64,000 nucleotides of DNA from Camelus ferus (Eukaryota). The DNA lies in assembly GCF_009834535.1 (NCBI RefSeq), contig NC_045697.1, positions 69,504,001 through 69,568,000 on the forward strand, given 5' to 3'. Of the stretch, positions 52,301 through 64,000 are shown one piece after another; position 1 is the stretch's first letter; every line of letters starts with the position of its first letter. The notes beneath the pieces were generated by a model that searched no databases, was not told the DNA's origin, and saw nothing but the letters and a program-made list of their open reading frames with translations. Made by a program: the position numbers and the translations under genes.

Positions 52301-55300
52301 AGAGGTACAATAGGCAGGGGAAAACATGGATCTGGAGCACAAGAGGAAGGTCATGGTTAAGGACAAAGATTTGGAAGTCACTGTCACAAAGTGACAGTAT
52401 GGATAACCTAATAGTGGAGATGGAAAATATGAACAACTAAAGACAGAACCCTTACAAATAGCAACACTTCAAAATAAGCATAAGGAGATAAATAATTGGT
52501 GGTTTCCTGAAAGGAGAAAAAGTGTGTGAAATAGGAACTTGTGATTCCCTTAAATATCATTCTGGCTCAGTTCAAATCCCTTATGCTTGGAGAAATGCAG
52601 AACACTGAAATATTTAACCATGGTTATTATCTACAGGAAAAAAAAGCCCAAATCTGTATGTAATACACTGACAAAGCAGGGTCACGCTGGGACAAATCTC
52701 ATGCCTCATGTATCTTGTCAAGTATCCTACACCAAAAACAAATGTCAGGCATCATGTGCAGACCATTCACCCAAAACTGAGTCAAAGGCTGAAGACAAAA
52801 ATAAACCCCCATGCCAAATTCTCTTAAAAACAAAACAAATACCAAGGGAAACTGGTTATGACAATATAAAGATGTGTTTGGGAAATGCTCTAAGTTCAAA
52901 AATTATGAAGTTAAATTCATTACAAGGCTTGAAAGCAGAAATAGGTCCAATTATCACTATTATTTGATTCAAGCTCTTCCAATGTTTACAGGTCTAAAAT
53001 AGAATTACTAGCTTATTGCTTGTCTTTTGCAAAAAGTACAATCTAGCAAATAAACTATTTTACTTGTGCTTCAATGTTGGCTCACTAGAAGAAAATAAAA
53101 CAAAAATCAATCAGAAAAATATCACAAGGACCAAAATTGTAAAACTTGCAAAGTAGAACACAATCACAAGATTGGTGATGATCCTTGTATGAGGATTAGA
53201 ACGGTCTGGATATGAAATGGGCAGAGAACAAGGCATGTTTAGTACTGCTGAAGAAAAGCAAATTGTTTTCTTTACAAATACGAAAAAAACTACAGTATAC
53301 AAAGCTAGGACTACAACTCACACTGAGCAACTGTAAGGGCAAAAATTACAAGGAAAGGAAGGAAGGAATATAAGCAGTCCAGTAAGGCATACATTCATAA
53401 AATGGATCACTAGACAATTAATAAAAATGCTTTACATGCATTATCACATGTAAAACTGTCCAGGATTATTAAATGAGAAAGCAATGCTAGCAAAATTATT
53501 TGTGCCCAAAGAAAAGTTACACACATGTGCTCATATATATGGTGTATGCACAGAAAATTTATAGACATTTATAAGAAATTTGAGTGGTACCTTGAAAAAG
53601 AAGTGGGATTGAAGGAGGCAGGAAATTGTCACCTTCTACTTTTCTGTAGTGAAAATAAAATATGCAGGTGTTATGTTTGGTCAAACACTAAAAGAAAAAA
53701 ATCAGTTATTTGGGAAGGTGACTAATGAGAAAATCGCTATCTATAAAACCACACCAATGCAGACACAATCACATTTAAAATGCTTCAACAAACTCAAAAG
53801 ATACGTTAAATGATAGCGAAACTTTTTCAAAAAGCACAATCTCATAACCAAAAAGAGCCATAGACACAAAACTTTACTTGGACAATCATACAGGGTTCAG
53901 TTAAATAAAGTAGAAATTAAGTCTTTCAAAATTTGTAATTTACACATGAGGGTTTGGTCGAGTCTTCCCATAGTGTGATCTGTTCAGACTCAATGTTAAA
54001 ACTGGAAGGGTCTTCAGAGCAAACATTTTATATTTACCTCTAGGCTACTAATCCCCAGTAATTCTATTTCAATAACACAAACTATTTGTAGAACCTTGTG
54101 GAGAGATTTATTTATTTTGAATAGATGTCTCCTTTCAAAAGTTTAGAGCACAGACCAGTCTGTTTTGTTTTCTGCTGTACACTCAACACCTAAAAGACAG
54201 TAAATAGAGGTATTCAATATATATATATATTTTGGAGGAAAGGTAGGGACATAACTTCTGTGCATAACTGTAAGGAATTACAAATTCTGAAGCAAAAGAA
54301 AAGGGGGCAAGATTAAAATGTAAAAATTATTTCCTCTGGATTGCAAGACACACCACATGTGATCATACGCCCACAATTTCATTTTTTTTTTTTTTTTTTT
54401 TTTTACTTCTAGCAGTGGAAGAAATAATCACAAGAATATTAAAGTCGAAAACTAAACAAAGTACTAGAAGGCTACCTAATACCTACTTTGAAACTCACAG
54501 TAAGCAAGATACTAAAAAGCATTCTTGCAAGATACTACAGTATGGCTGAAATTCTGACACCAAGTCCATTACCTGTGAGGAGATGAGTGAGAGATAATAT
54601 ACTTGGTTGTTTTGGGGACTGATGGGCAAATGAGCTGGTCTTGGCTACTCAGGATAACAACCTAAAAGTAGTGTCTCTCAAACTACATGTGAAGGACCAG
54701 TTTTAAACCCTAAACTGCATCCCTGTCACAACTATACTTTTATAAAATATATTTTAAAAAATCAGTTACTAGAGAAATGATCACATACTTTAAAGCCACA
54801 GCTGTATGAAATTTCTGTAGACATTTCCAGACACTCTGAATTTCTATACTGGTCTACTGAGACACTGGACAGTACTGACCTAGGGTTTTTCTTTTTTTTA
54901 ATGTCAACCTGACCCAAAATCTTGTATTTGCCTAGAGGGTCTAATTCTGAGTGAGAAAATTCAGCTGTTTTTCTCCTCTACTCAGTAATGAAGAAAACCC
55001 GTAACAATTAGAGAAAAAGTAGCACAGAGACTTGGCATTAACTTGTTTTAATTTTAAAATGTAAAACATCACATCACACTGCCTTAGTAAATTAAAATTA
55101 TCCTTTGAACGAAAACTTCAGAATTTAAGAATCTCAACTCCTATCAACTTGAAAATTTTGCTTTATTTTGCCATTTATCTTAGAAGATAACAGGATGTAG
55201 ACACTTTAAACTGTATATGAAAATATTCACTTAATCTATGCAACTCTAAACTCCTGTACCTTTATCGTTATGTTCTCAAAACTCCCAAATGAGTTGATTG

Positions 55301-57053
55301 CTAACAGTGAGCCGAGAGGGACTCTCTCCATCTCTTTTAAGTTTTACTACCAAAGGAAATAAAATAAAATATTCTGACCTATAAACTGACTACCATCTAG
55401 TGTAATTTACTATAGCCTATCAGAGAGGCTCTACACTATTGAGAGAGTATGTGATTACAGGGTCTCTCAAACCAAAATTACCAGGACTCAAATCCACACT
55501 AACTGACTTAAATCCACACTGCTTCTGTATCTTCATCTATAAAACAGAGAAAACAGCACCTACATCAAAGGACTATTGTGCAGGTTAAAGTGCATGTAAA
55601 GTGCCTAGAATACTGCCTGGCATACAATGAGTACTATGTAAGGATTTTAATTTGACTCTTACATACTATCCCTCAAATCCTTCTGTAGAATTGGTATTAA
55701 CAATTAAATTGGTTAAATGAAATATGGCACATCCCTACAGTGAACTACTATTCATCTGTTAAAGATTATTTTAATTCTCTATTATGAAAATATATTTATT
55801 TATAATATCCTGTTGGACAGACAGGAAAAAGTAACTGAGAAAATCATGTACAGTCTAATCTTATACTTAGAAAAGATTCTAATAAAGTTGGAAAATTTGC
55901 AAGTCACTATGATACTCAACTGGCATTTGCCAAAAGTGACTCAGAATCATTCCTTCCTACCCATACTGGGACAAAGACTTAAAATAAAATTATTATTCTA
56001 AGATGGTAATGATAAGGATAACCAAATGCTATAAATTAGGACTTTTTCAAAAAAATTTAGAACTGCATACATTTAATGCATTATTCCTCCTCTACCTCCA
56101 AAGCTGATACTTCCTAAAATGGACTGCCTCTTAGAATTAAGGAAATAAAGCATTAAAGCACTAATTTCTGATATATTCCTCCAATGCCACCCATTGCTAA
56201 CACACCACCATCACTGTCACTTTTAAGCAAGCTCTTGAAGTGCTCACAACTACACATTATCAACAAAGACAATAAATCACCTTAACCAATCACCCAAGGT
56301 ACAGTATATTAAGATTGTAAATACAAAAGATTCACTATTTCTAGAACACTGAACAAGAGGTGTTTGTGGTATTAAGAGTACTCAGATGGTAGCTTGTGGT
56401 ACCTTTTACACTGTTATAAATTCTTCAGTGAAATCAATACAATTTCATGTTTATTTTATATAGGATTTTTGTCAAGCTTATCAGTTTTTAAATGACTGAT
56501 TCATAATCACCACCTAAAGACAAAACTTCTTCTCAACTAATGGTTTTCATCCTACCTACAGTTCAGCTTACCCTTTTGTCTGATATAGCCGATTTTATTT
56601 CACAGGATCTGAAATATACAATTATGTATTACAAACTGTTTTCAAGTGTGCTTTCAAATGAAACCTACAAAGAGTAGATCAAATTTTTAAGTTTACATAA
56701 AACCATACTATACCAATTTATTATAAATACAAGTCTTCATACCTGTTTATTCCATTCTATTTAGACAGCAACACTAACAAAATTCTTAATGCATACACTC
56801 CCACCACTTGTACCCTTTCTTTATGCTATCATTTTGACACTTAACAAAAGGACATTGCAATTCAGCAACCAAGTTTTACAACTGTAATACCTATCAATCA
56901 AATGGTGATGCACCAAGGTCGCAATTTTCATGAGTTTTTTAACATATTAAGAGTACATTATTTACCTAACACTGAAGGACCATGCCTTACTTTATAAAAA
57001 AATAAAGATAGCCACATCAATTTAATTCCATATATATGATTCTACCTATTCAA

Positions 57054-57059
57054 TTTATT
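57054..57059 (-). terminator. candidate distal EIF4E poly(A) signal AATAAA
   Basis: tttatt on the + strand, with a U-rich downstream region on the sense strand. Confidence 0.5.
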
Positions 57060-57242
57060 AAAAATTGAAATAAACATAATAATCAAACTAATGCTCCAAA
57101 ACTTATACTATTCATATGGAAGACACTACAAGAGAAGACACAATAGAGACTGCCCTGCAATAAGAAGTACAAATTCCTTCTACAGAGATGGAGAAATAAA
57201 AGGACAAATCTAGTTGTCTAAAAGACAATTCACTGTACACAT

Positions 57243-57248
57243 TTTATT
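57243..57248 (-). terminator. candidate EIF4E poly(A) signal AATAAA
   Basis: Sense context gTGTAtaaaacTGTAAATAAAatgtgtac, with upstream UGUA (CFIm) elements. Confidence 0.6.
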
Positions 57249-57550
57249 TACAGTTTTATACACTGTCTTAATATGAATGGGACCGCTTTCCTACTTGAGC
57301 CATTTTTTTTAACCAAAGCAAAATAACCTAAGTAATACAAAGTGTTAAAATACAGCATAAAGATACAAAAACAGACATACTAAGTCTAATTAGGAATGTA
57401 ATTATGATGTTACATTTTTTATAATCCACAATTATGTTTAGGAAATCACACAAACATAGATCACTGATTTGAATGAAATGCATAAATTTGTAGCAAAGCT
57501 TTGTAGTTACAAAAAACAAAAATATTACCAAAGAATGCACAAAATTAATG

Positions 57551-57556
57551 TTTATT
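57551..57556 (-). terminator. candidate proximal EIF4E poly(A) signal AATAAA
   Basis: tttatt on the + strand about 630 nt after the stop, followed on the sense strand by U/GU-rich sequence. Confidence 0.55.
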
Positions 57557-58186
57557 CCACCTTTGTGTCATATTCCTGGATCCTTCACCAATGTTACATG
57601 AGGAAAAAAACAAAAGCAAAACAAATGAAAAACTGAAATCAGAATCACTAATGTTATCAAGTAGGGAAACAAATAAATTAAAATCTAGCAGCCATCAGCA
57701 AGAGTACAGCACAGACAATGCTGTAAAAAGAAACAAAGAAAATTGCTAGAAAACTGTATGCATCATACTCTTTCAAACCAGCAAAATATGCTCCTGCGTA
57801 CAATGGAACATAAACAGAATCTTTCTCCTGTAAGATACAGAAATGCAAATTCTTTTTTTAATATTGTGGGTGGGTCAAATGTGTTTGTAATGGTAAATTA
57901 TACTAAGCTATTACAGAGTGAGCCAGGAACACATTTATGGATTGTGGGGACGATGTGTACTGTAATTCTTTGATTGGGATAGTGGACACTCTAGCCAAAA
58001 AAAAAAAAAAAATGAACACAGAAGTACAAGACAAAGGCGAATGAGACTTCTCTTATATCTTAGCAATATTTAGATGGAAATCAAATTTAAATGCAGTCCA
58101 CTCTGCTTTTGAAGAGGCTTTGGTTCAGCTCCCAAATCTCGATTGCTTGACGCAGTCTCCTATGAGAATACTCAGAAGGTGTCTTC

Positions 58187-58301
58187 TTAAACAACAAACC
58201 TATTTTTAGTGGTGGAGCCGCTCTTAGTAGCTGTGTCTGCATGGGACTGATAACCAATCACTATCTTTGGAGGAAGTCCTAACCTTTCCTTGTATACCCT
58301 C
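58187..58301 (-). CDS. EIF4E: eIF4E terminal coding exon, RVYKERLGLPPKIVIGYQSHADTATKSGSTTKNRFVV*
   Basis: ttcttttag|GAGGGTATAC...GTTGTTTAA. Includes the MNK phosphosite Ser209 (KSGSTT). TAA stop at 58187-58189. Confidence 0.99.
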
Positions 58302-59977
58302 CTAAAAGAAAAGGAAGAAAAGGAGCCATTAATTTTTATTTAAACACACATCCACCAAATTCAGTATTTTTATTCTTTATATATAAAAAAAAATACCTAG
58401 AAATAGGAAATTGTACACCCTTTTCCTTTTAGTAAAATGTACTCTTCATTTTCACAACAATCTTAGTTTCTCACTTAACTAATATTTGAGAACCAGGTAC
58501 TGTGATAATCATTAATAAATTAATACTAAAGAAAGCAGGGACAGCCCATGGGCTCATGGTGTTTATAGTTTAGAATATTAGGTTATTCACAAACAATCAC
58601 AAATACATATGGTGGAGCTGTATCACATGTATAATTAATTTACACAAAATCAATTACATACACATGTCTATTTTAATTTTCTGATCTAAAATGTTTCAAT
58701 TATATTTTATAGATAAACCTTAGTAAATATTGTCTATTACTGCACAATCATATTTACTGATTAAGTATAATTGAAGGTAATAAATACATTGTATCCTAAT
58801 GTAAATCTGATAATAGTTATAATTTTAGTTATGATAAGATTATTTTTAGATACTTTTAGTGAAATCTTCTGGAGCATGGAGTATGAATGAATTGCCTTAG
58901 TATCATACTGGAGAATCTAGCTCCTGAAAATGTATATCCCATTAGTTTTATTTCCTTTTGGTGCTTATTTTTAAAATTTTGCTCTTTTTTCTCAGATACC
59001 AGATTCCTAACTTGACCTGTGATGTTCTCTGATGTCCCCAATTTTACCTTGTCAGCCTATCTTTCATATTCACTTTCTGTGAAAAACTGAACTCAAGTGT
59101 TTTATGAGATTTCAAAAACTTTTAATATTGAGACAAAAAATTTCCAGAGGAAAGAAATTCATACTTAATTTCTTTAACCCACTTTCAAAGAAATACGAAA
59201 CCTGCACAATTTAAGTTTTGATGCTGACAAATTAGGAACATGATGACAAATCAATCAACTTCCTCTTATAGAAACTCTCTGGAGAATGAAACTTCGAAAA
59301 TCCCCATACCTTTTAATCCAGAAAGGGATTATGTTCATAGCAGAATTCATAATGTTCGAAAAATCAACACACAAAGGAACAAACCAAACATATTGTGGCC
59401 TATGACCAGCACTTAATTTTAACACAAAATTTGAAGTTTAATTTTACTAATTTAATTGTAATAAAAAGAAAATCCTAGTTAACACTGACTGATATGTGTG
59501 TGGGGGGGAATAAAATACAGGCCATTTTTGTAATTATATTTATCAAAATAAGTTAAAAAAAACTTAAACATGTGGGTTTTAAATATGAACGAAGTATTAC
59601 CACTTAAATTTCAATGAAAATTTTATGTATAGTGTGCACATATGCACAAAATATACAAATACTACTCACCAAATTATTGAGTATTACATGTTAGCACTAT
59701 GATTTTAAAGTAGATAAGACATATTCTCAATTAATAAATAATAAAATGCTACATGCCAGTGAGTGTCTGGTGAGTATATACTCCATTGCTAGAAAAAAGA
59801 AATTTTATGGAAGTGAAAAAAATATGATCAAGACACTGAATACCAATAGCAGTTCAAGATTATACGTGTCCGTGAAAACAAGGAAAATAATGATCTAATT
59901 TATGATCTTGATCCTTTTATTGAAAAAGTACTTCTGCTTTTAGTTATCTATTTTAAAAATACAAGCAGCAAACTTAC

Positions 59978-60117
59978 CCTATATGTGTAACAGCTTCTCT
60001 GTTTTCACATTCAGTAGTCCATATTGCTATCTTATCACCTTTAGCTCTAACATTAACAACAGCTCCACATACATCATCACTGTAGTCATCAAAAGATTCT
60101 CCAATAAGGCACAGCAG
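59978..60117 (-). CDS. EIF4E: eIF4E coding exon (140 nt), LLCLIGESFDDYSDDVCGAVVNVRAKGDKIAIWTTECENREAVTHIG
   Basis: ttcttttaag|CTGCTGTGC...CATATAGG|gtaagt. The translation matches eIF4E. Confidence 0.99.
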
Positions 60118-62007
60118 CTTAAAAGAAAAACCCAATCCCAAATTACATTCAGTAGATTATAAACAGCTTATTAAACTGCAGATGTCTCTTATATATATAT
60201 ACAAAACTAAAAAAAGTTTTAAAACCAAGAGCTGACTTTTTAAAATTGTAACTTTATGAAAAAATCTGAGCCAGTATATGAAAAACATGCAGGGATTAAT
60301 GATCAAGTCTATGAGTAAGAGAAGAGATAAGTAAGTGGTAGTCATGGAGATTTGCATGGCCAGAGCAGGTATCTCTCCAGTCTTCAGGATGCTAATCTTC
60401 AGCTTCTACAGCTTTCTTTTGAATATTGTTCTGTTGGGTCTTATTTTCTGTAGATAATCTAAAATCAACATTATGTTGTATACATTATCTAAATACTCAA
60501 CAAGGCTGATTGCTCAGTGTGCATGCATTTACTGCCCTCTGTTATATTTCTAAATTATGCTGAGGGAAATCTCAAATGTTGTCTTTGTTCAATGTATTAT
60601 CTAGACAGGTAAACCCCAAACATGAATTTAAATTCTTCGAAGGCTCCAGGTGAACAACTAACCACTAGTGTTTTAGAGTACAGCTGAAAATAAAGTGACT
60701 TGCTGTTGATTATTACTATGATACGGTAAGTCTGTTGCTAGTACTGTGTTCTTCTCATGGCTTTAGATATCCTCATCCTTTATCACTTATTTTTTTGGCT
60801 AACAGAACAATGGTTTACTATCACAAAATTTCACTCTGTTTATTTTCAATAAACAAAAACCATGTTTTGACATAAAAATATGTTTCAAAGCAGATGCTGG
60901 ATAGATTTTTAAGTTGATATTTTAAATGTCTAAATTACATTTATATATATATAGTTCTTTGTGTTGGCTTTTTAAAAGTTCACTTGTTAATTTATTTCTC
61001 TGTTTAATATCAAGAACATTTACAGTTGTGTTAACTGTTTCGGCAAATTGAGCGAATAATGTCAAGGCACATAAAAGGTGATTTATTTTATTAATACTCA
61101 TTTGCTCTGCTGCTTAAACCTGCCAGCAAACAAACATTAATGGAATAACTGAGATAGCTGTTCATAGTAGATAACTGTCTCTTGTTCTTGATAACTTTCA
61201 TCAACACTTTCTAATGTGTTCTTTTTAATTGTGGTAAATATACAACATAAATTTTACCATGTTAACCATTTTTAAGTGTACTGTTCAATGGTATTAAGTA
61301 TTATACCACCACCCCACCCATCTCAAGAAACGTCACCTTACAAAACTGAAATGACTTTTTAATGTGGAATTCTAAAATGATATTTACTGATAACCTTTCC
61401 CCAAAGCAAAAACAAGTTTCTTCTGTTAAAAAGTCATTCATTTGAATATTTATTACTGATTAACTTAATAAGTGCTAACTATAACCAGATAACGTGCCAA
61501 GTGCTAGGGATACAAAAGAGACTATAACCCCAGCTCCTAAAAGCTTGGGGTTTAAAACCTCTTATTAGAGAAAATGCCTATTAACTCATAATAAATGTTG
61601 TATGAAGCCAAAAGGTCCAACTTGCATCATAACATATAAGCTGAATGATATCAAGCTACAATTTCACTGTTTACTTCATTGATCTAAAAAGTTTGGTATA
61701 CAAAGCAATAGTTTAAGAGAATTGTAAAAACTTACATCATAAAATATGTGAGAGGCTCTATAATTTTGAAATTAATGAAATGACCAGGATGAGCTTATTG
61801 TATAAGGTGAGTCCACTGCCAATCACTTTCTGGATTTGTAATGTGGTGGAGGGTAAAATGTAAATAAGATTCACATGACAGAACAAAATTAAGTGCTGGC
61901 TTACATTTCTAGAGTGGGCATCCTTATTTCCTCCTTGATTAAGTAACATAAATAATGTCAATTAACTTTCAGTACTCAAAAACAGCTTTATCATTTTAAA
62001 ACCTTAC

Positions 62008-62121
62008 TGTCTCTAGCCAAAAGCGATCCAGGTCACTTCGTCTCTGCTGTTTGTTCAATGTAATTAGCCATCGTCCTCCTCGTTTGTTTTTCTCATCTTC
62101 CCACATAGGCTCAATACCATC
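62008..62121 (-). CDS. EIF4E: eIF4E coding exon (114 nt), DGIEPMWEDEKNKRGGRWLITLNKQQRRSDLDRFWLET
   Basis: ccttgtag|GATGGTATT...CTAGAGACA|gtaagg. Contains the cap-binding W102/E103 (MWED) motif and is in phase with its neighbours. Confidence 0.99.
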
Positions 62122-62830
62122 CTACAAGGTTAGGAGACAACACTGTTAGATTGTTACATTATTGTTACGTTAACTTAAGATATCATCACTGGAAACAGCA
62201 AACCACAACGCTGTTAAGCTTTTTACTTTATTCCCACAAAACCATTACTGATGTAGTGGGGAAGAAAACACATGAGACTTAAAGCCAGAGGCATGGGATT
62301 GCAGAATTAGATCCCTGACCTGAGCACTTATTAGCTATCAAACCTTGGGTTTCACTTAATTTGGAGGCTCCAAAACATTCTGAGTAACACCTCTGAGAAG
62401 CTATATACATTTCTATACCTAGAAAATATATATAGGAATTATGCAATTTCAGAGAGCTAATGAATATACCACCCACTGCCACCTTACAAAACTCACTAAC
62501 AAATATCTCAAGGACTCACATTACCTCAGGTTAAGAATTCCTGGCAAACTCTGAACTTCAGTCTACTTAAATAAATAAAGAATAGACTGCACTGTAGGAT
62601 CAAAGCTCTCTCCAAATCAATCATACTATGTGCCCATCAAATAAGACTCTCAATTTTAATTGTTTATACAAAAATAGGGCAAAATATATTTATGCTAAAG
62701 CCTGGTAACACTAATTTAATTATTCTCCAAGCATCAGAGCATTAACCATTGTTAAGTTTATGGCAAGATTTTTTAATGACTACCTGAATGGTTGAGTCTT
62801 ACACTAAATACATGAAATTAACAAGCATAC

Positions 62831-62894
62831 CTTAAAAAGTGAGTAGTCACAGCCAGGCATTAAATTACTAGACAACTGGATATGGTTGTACAGA
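62831..62894 (-). CDS. EIF4E: eIF4E coding exon (64 nt; exon 4 in human numbering), (A)LYNHIQLSSNLMPGCDYSLFK
   Basis: Reverse complement reads cttttacctag|TCTGTACAAC...CTTTTTAAG|gtatgc. The translation matches the eIF4E sequence as I recall it, and the AG/GT sites are canonical. Confidence 0.98.
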
Positions 62895-63427
62895 CTAGGT
62901 AAAAGAAAAGGACAATTATAAACAGAATATGTAATGCAGAGTTTAGGTGCTTATATGTACATTCAGAGAATAAGATAAAAATAAGATAAAAGCTCATGTT
63001 TACTTTTTTTCTATGCAATCAAGCTCTGAAGTGGACCAAATAGATTTTAATAATAGTCAGCTTTAAGAATCAACATATGATGAGTTTAAAGAAAGTATTT
63101 TTAATAATTTTATTCTAATAAAAATATTTTGATGTATCAGTTAACTTAATACATACACATGAAAACACAAGAAACTGAGAATAAAGGTGTGAGGTGGCTT
63201 TAAGTAGATGAAAGAATTCGTGAGGCTCATGAGCAAATGTAACCACACAAAATAGAAAAAGTCAAGAGAAAGCAAGACAAACTTCCTGACTATAAGGATT
63301 GCATGATTGAAATAAACCAACATTATTATCCTTGAAAGTAACCAAGAGTAGAACAGACCAACGGTTCCCCACTTAACCACCACAGACCATTACCAATCAG
63401 CCAGCATAATAATCTTTTGGGGAACTT

Positions 63428-63430
<3 letters not shown>

Positions 63431-63462
<32 letters not shown>
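63431..63462. repeat. (CA)n microsatellite in an EIF4E intron
   Basis: Seen directly. Confidence 0.95.
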
Positions 63463-63464
<2 letters not shown>

Positions 63465-64000
63465 ATCCACCCAAGTTTCATACTCTTCTCCTTGGGATTT
63501 TAATTCCTTAAATATAGGGGGGAAGCATAGAATCTGTGTTTCTAAATTATTTCCCAAATAGCAATGTAACAGATTAACATTTAGGATGACTAGATTTCAC
63601 TAGCCTGAAAGGAGAAGGCTAGATCATAAGATCTCCTGACAGCAAAACTGTTACAAAACTGACAACAGAGTCAATGTCTCCAACATCAGATACAAAAGTG
63701 ATGATCTTAGCTATATGACTACAGACCATGAATGATGCTATTATCCTTAGTAAGATTCTCTTGGTGTAATTTTAAGCCAGTTTATGAATATTTCAAGCAG
63801 GGTTTTAAGAGTCTGGCATCCTTTGGATCACACTCCACAGTGTAAAAACTCAAATCCAATTTGGGTGAGACAGCATAGGTCTGTTGGGTTGTTTTTTTAA
63901 TGGTAACTCTTCCCAAACTACATTATCACTGACAGCTTCTACTAGGCAAAAGAGAGACCTGGATACGAACTAAAGAATTACCACCACCACTTTTATAAAA

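Larger units (their letters stand above)
56700..58186 (-). other. EIF4E: EIF4E 3'UTR (distal end uncertain; tandem poly(A) signals)
   Basis: Repeat-free AU-rich sequence directly after the stop, with a U16 tract (A-run at 57997-58012). Minus-strand AATAAA at 57551-56, 57243-48, 57054-59, 56746-51 and 56717-22. Confidence 0.75.

Noticed and set aside
58299..58304. NAGNAG (tagGAG) acceptor at the last EIF4E exon
   Set aside because: GAG is rarely used as an acceptor, and nothing suggests alternative usage.
58187..62894. EIF4E processed pseudogene or paralogue (EIF4E1B, EIF4E2, EIF4E3)
   Set aside because: Introns with canonical sites, an intact frame and a peptide matching canonical eIF4E1 show this is the functional gene.

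Overview
Mammalian genomic DNA, AT-rich and dense in repeats. Six copies of a tRNA-Ala-derived SINE of the Vic-1 type point to a camelid (alpaca, llama or camel). The only protein-coding gene I can support is EIF4E, the cap-binding translation initiation factor, on the minus strand. Its last four coding exons (64, 114, 140 and 115 nt; 62894 down to 58187) have canonical GT-AG junctions and translate to the familiar C-terminal 143 residues of eIF4E. They are followed by a repeat-free 3'UTR with several poly(A) signals. The 5' part of the gene lies beyond the right edge. Positions 1 to about 56 kb are downstream intergenic DNA made of nested L1, L2, MIR, MaLR/ERVL/ERV1 LTRs, hAT MITEs and microsatellites. 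None of the supplied six-frame ORFs is a credible gene. I found no convincing new multi-gene system. The best leads are regulatory or mutational: a candidate NMD-triggering cassette exon in the last EIF4E intron, a Pumilio element overlapping a poly(A) signal, a distal miR-141/200a site gated by alternative polyadenylation, a CpG-retaining LTR-based promoter or insulator-like domain at 3.6-5 kb, two strong orphan minus-strand exons, and several unusual insertion events. Repeat subfamily names come from remembered consensus sequences and need RepeatMasker/Dfam confirmation.
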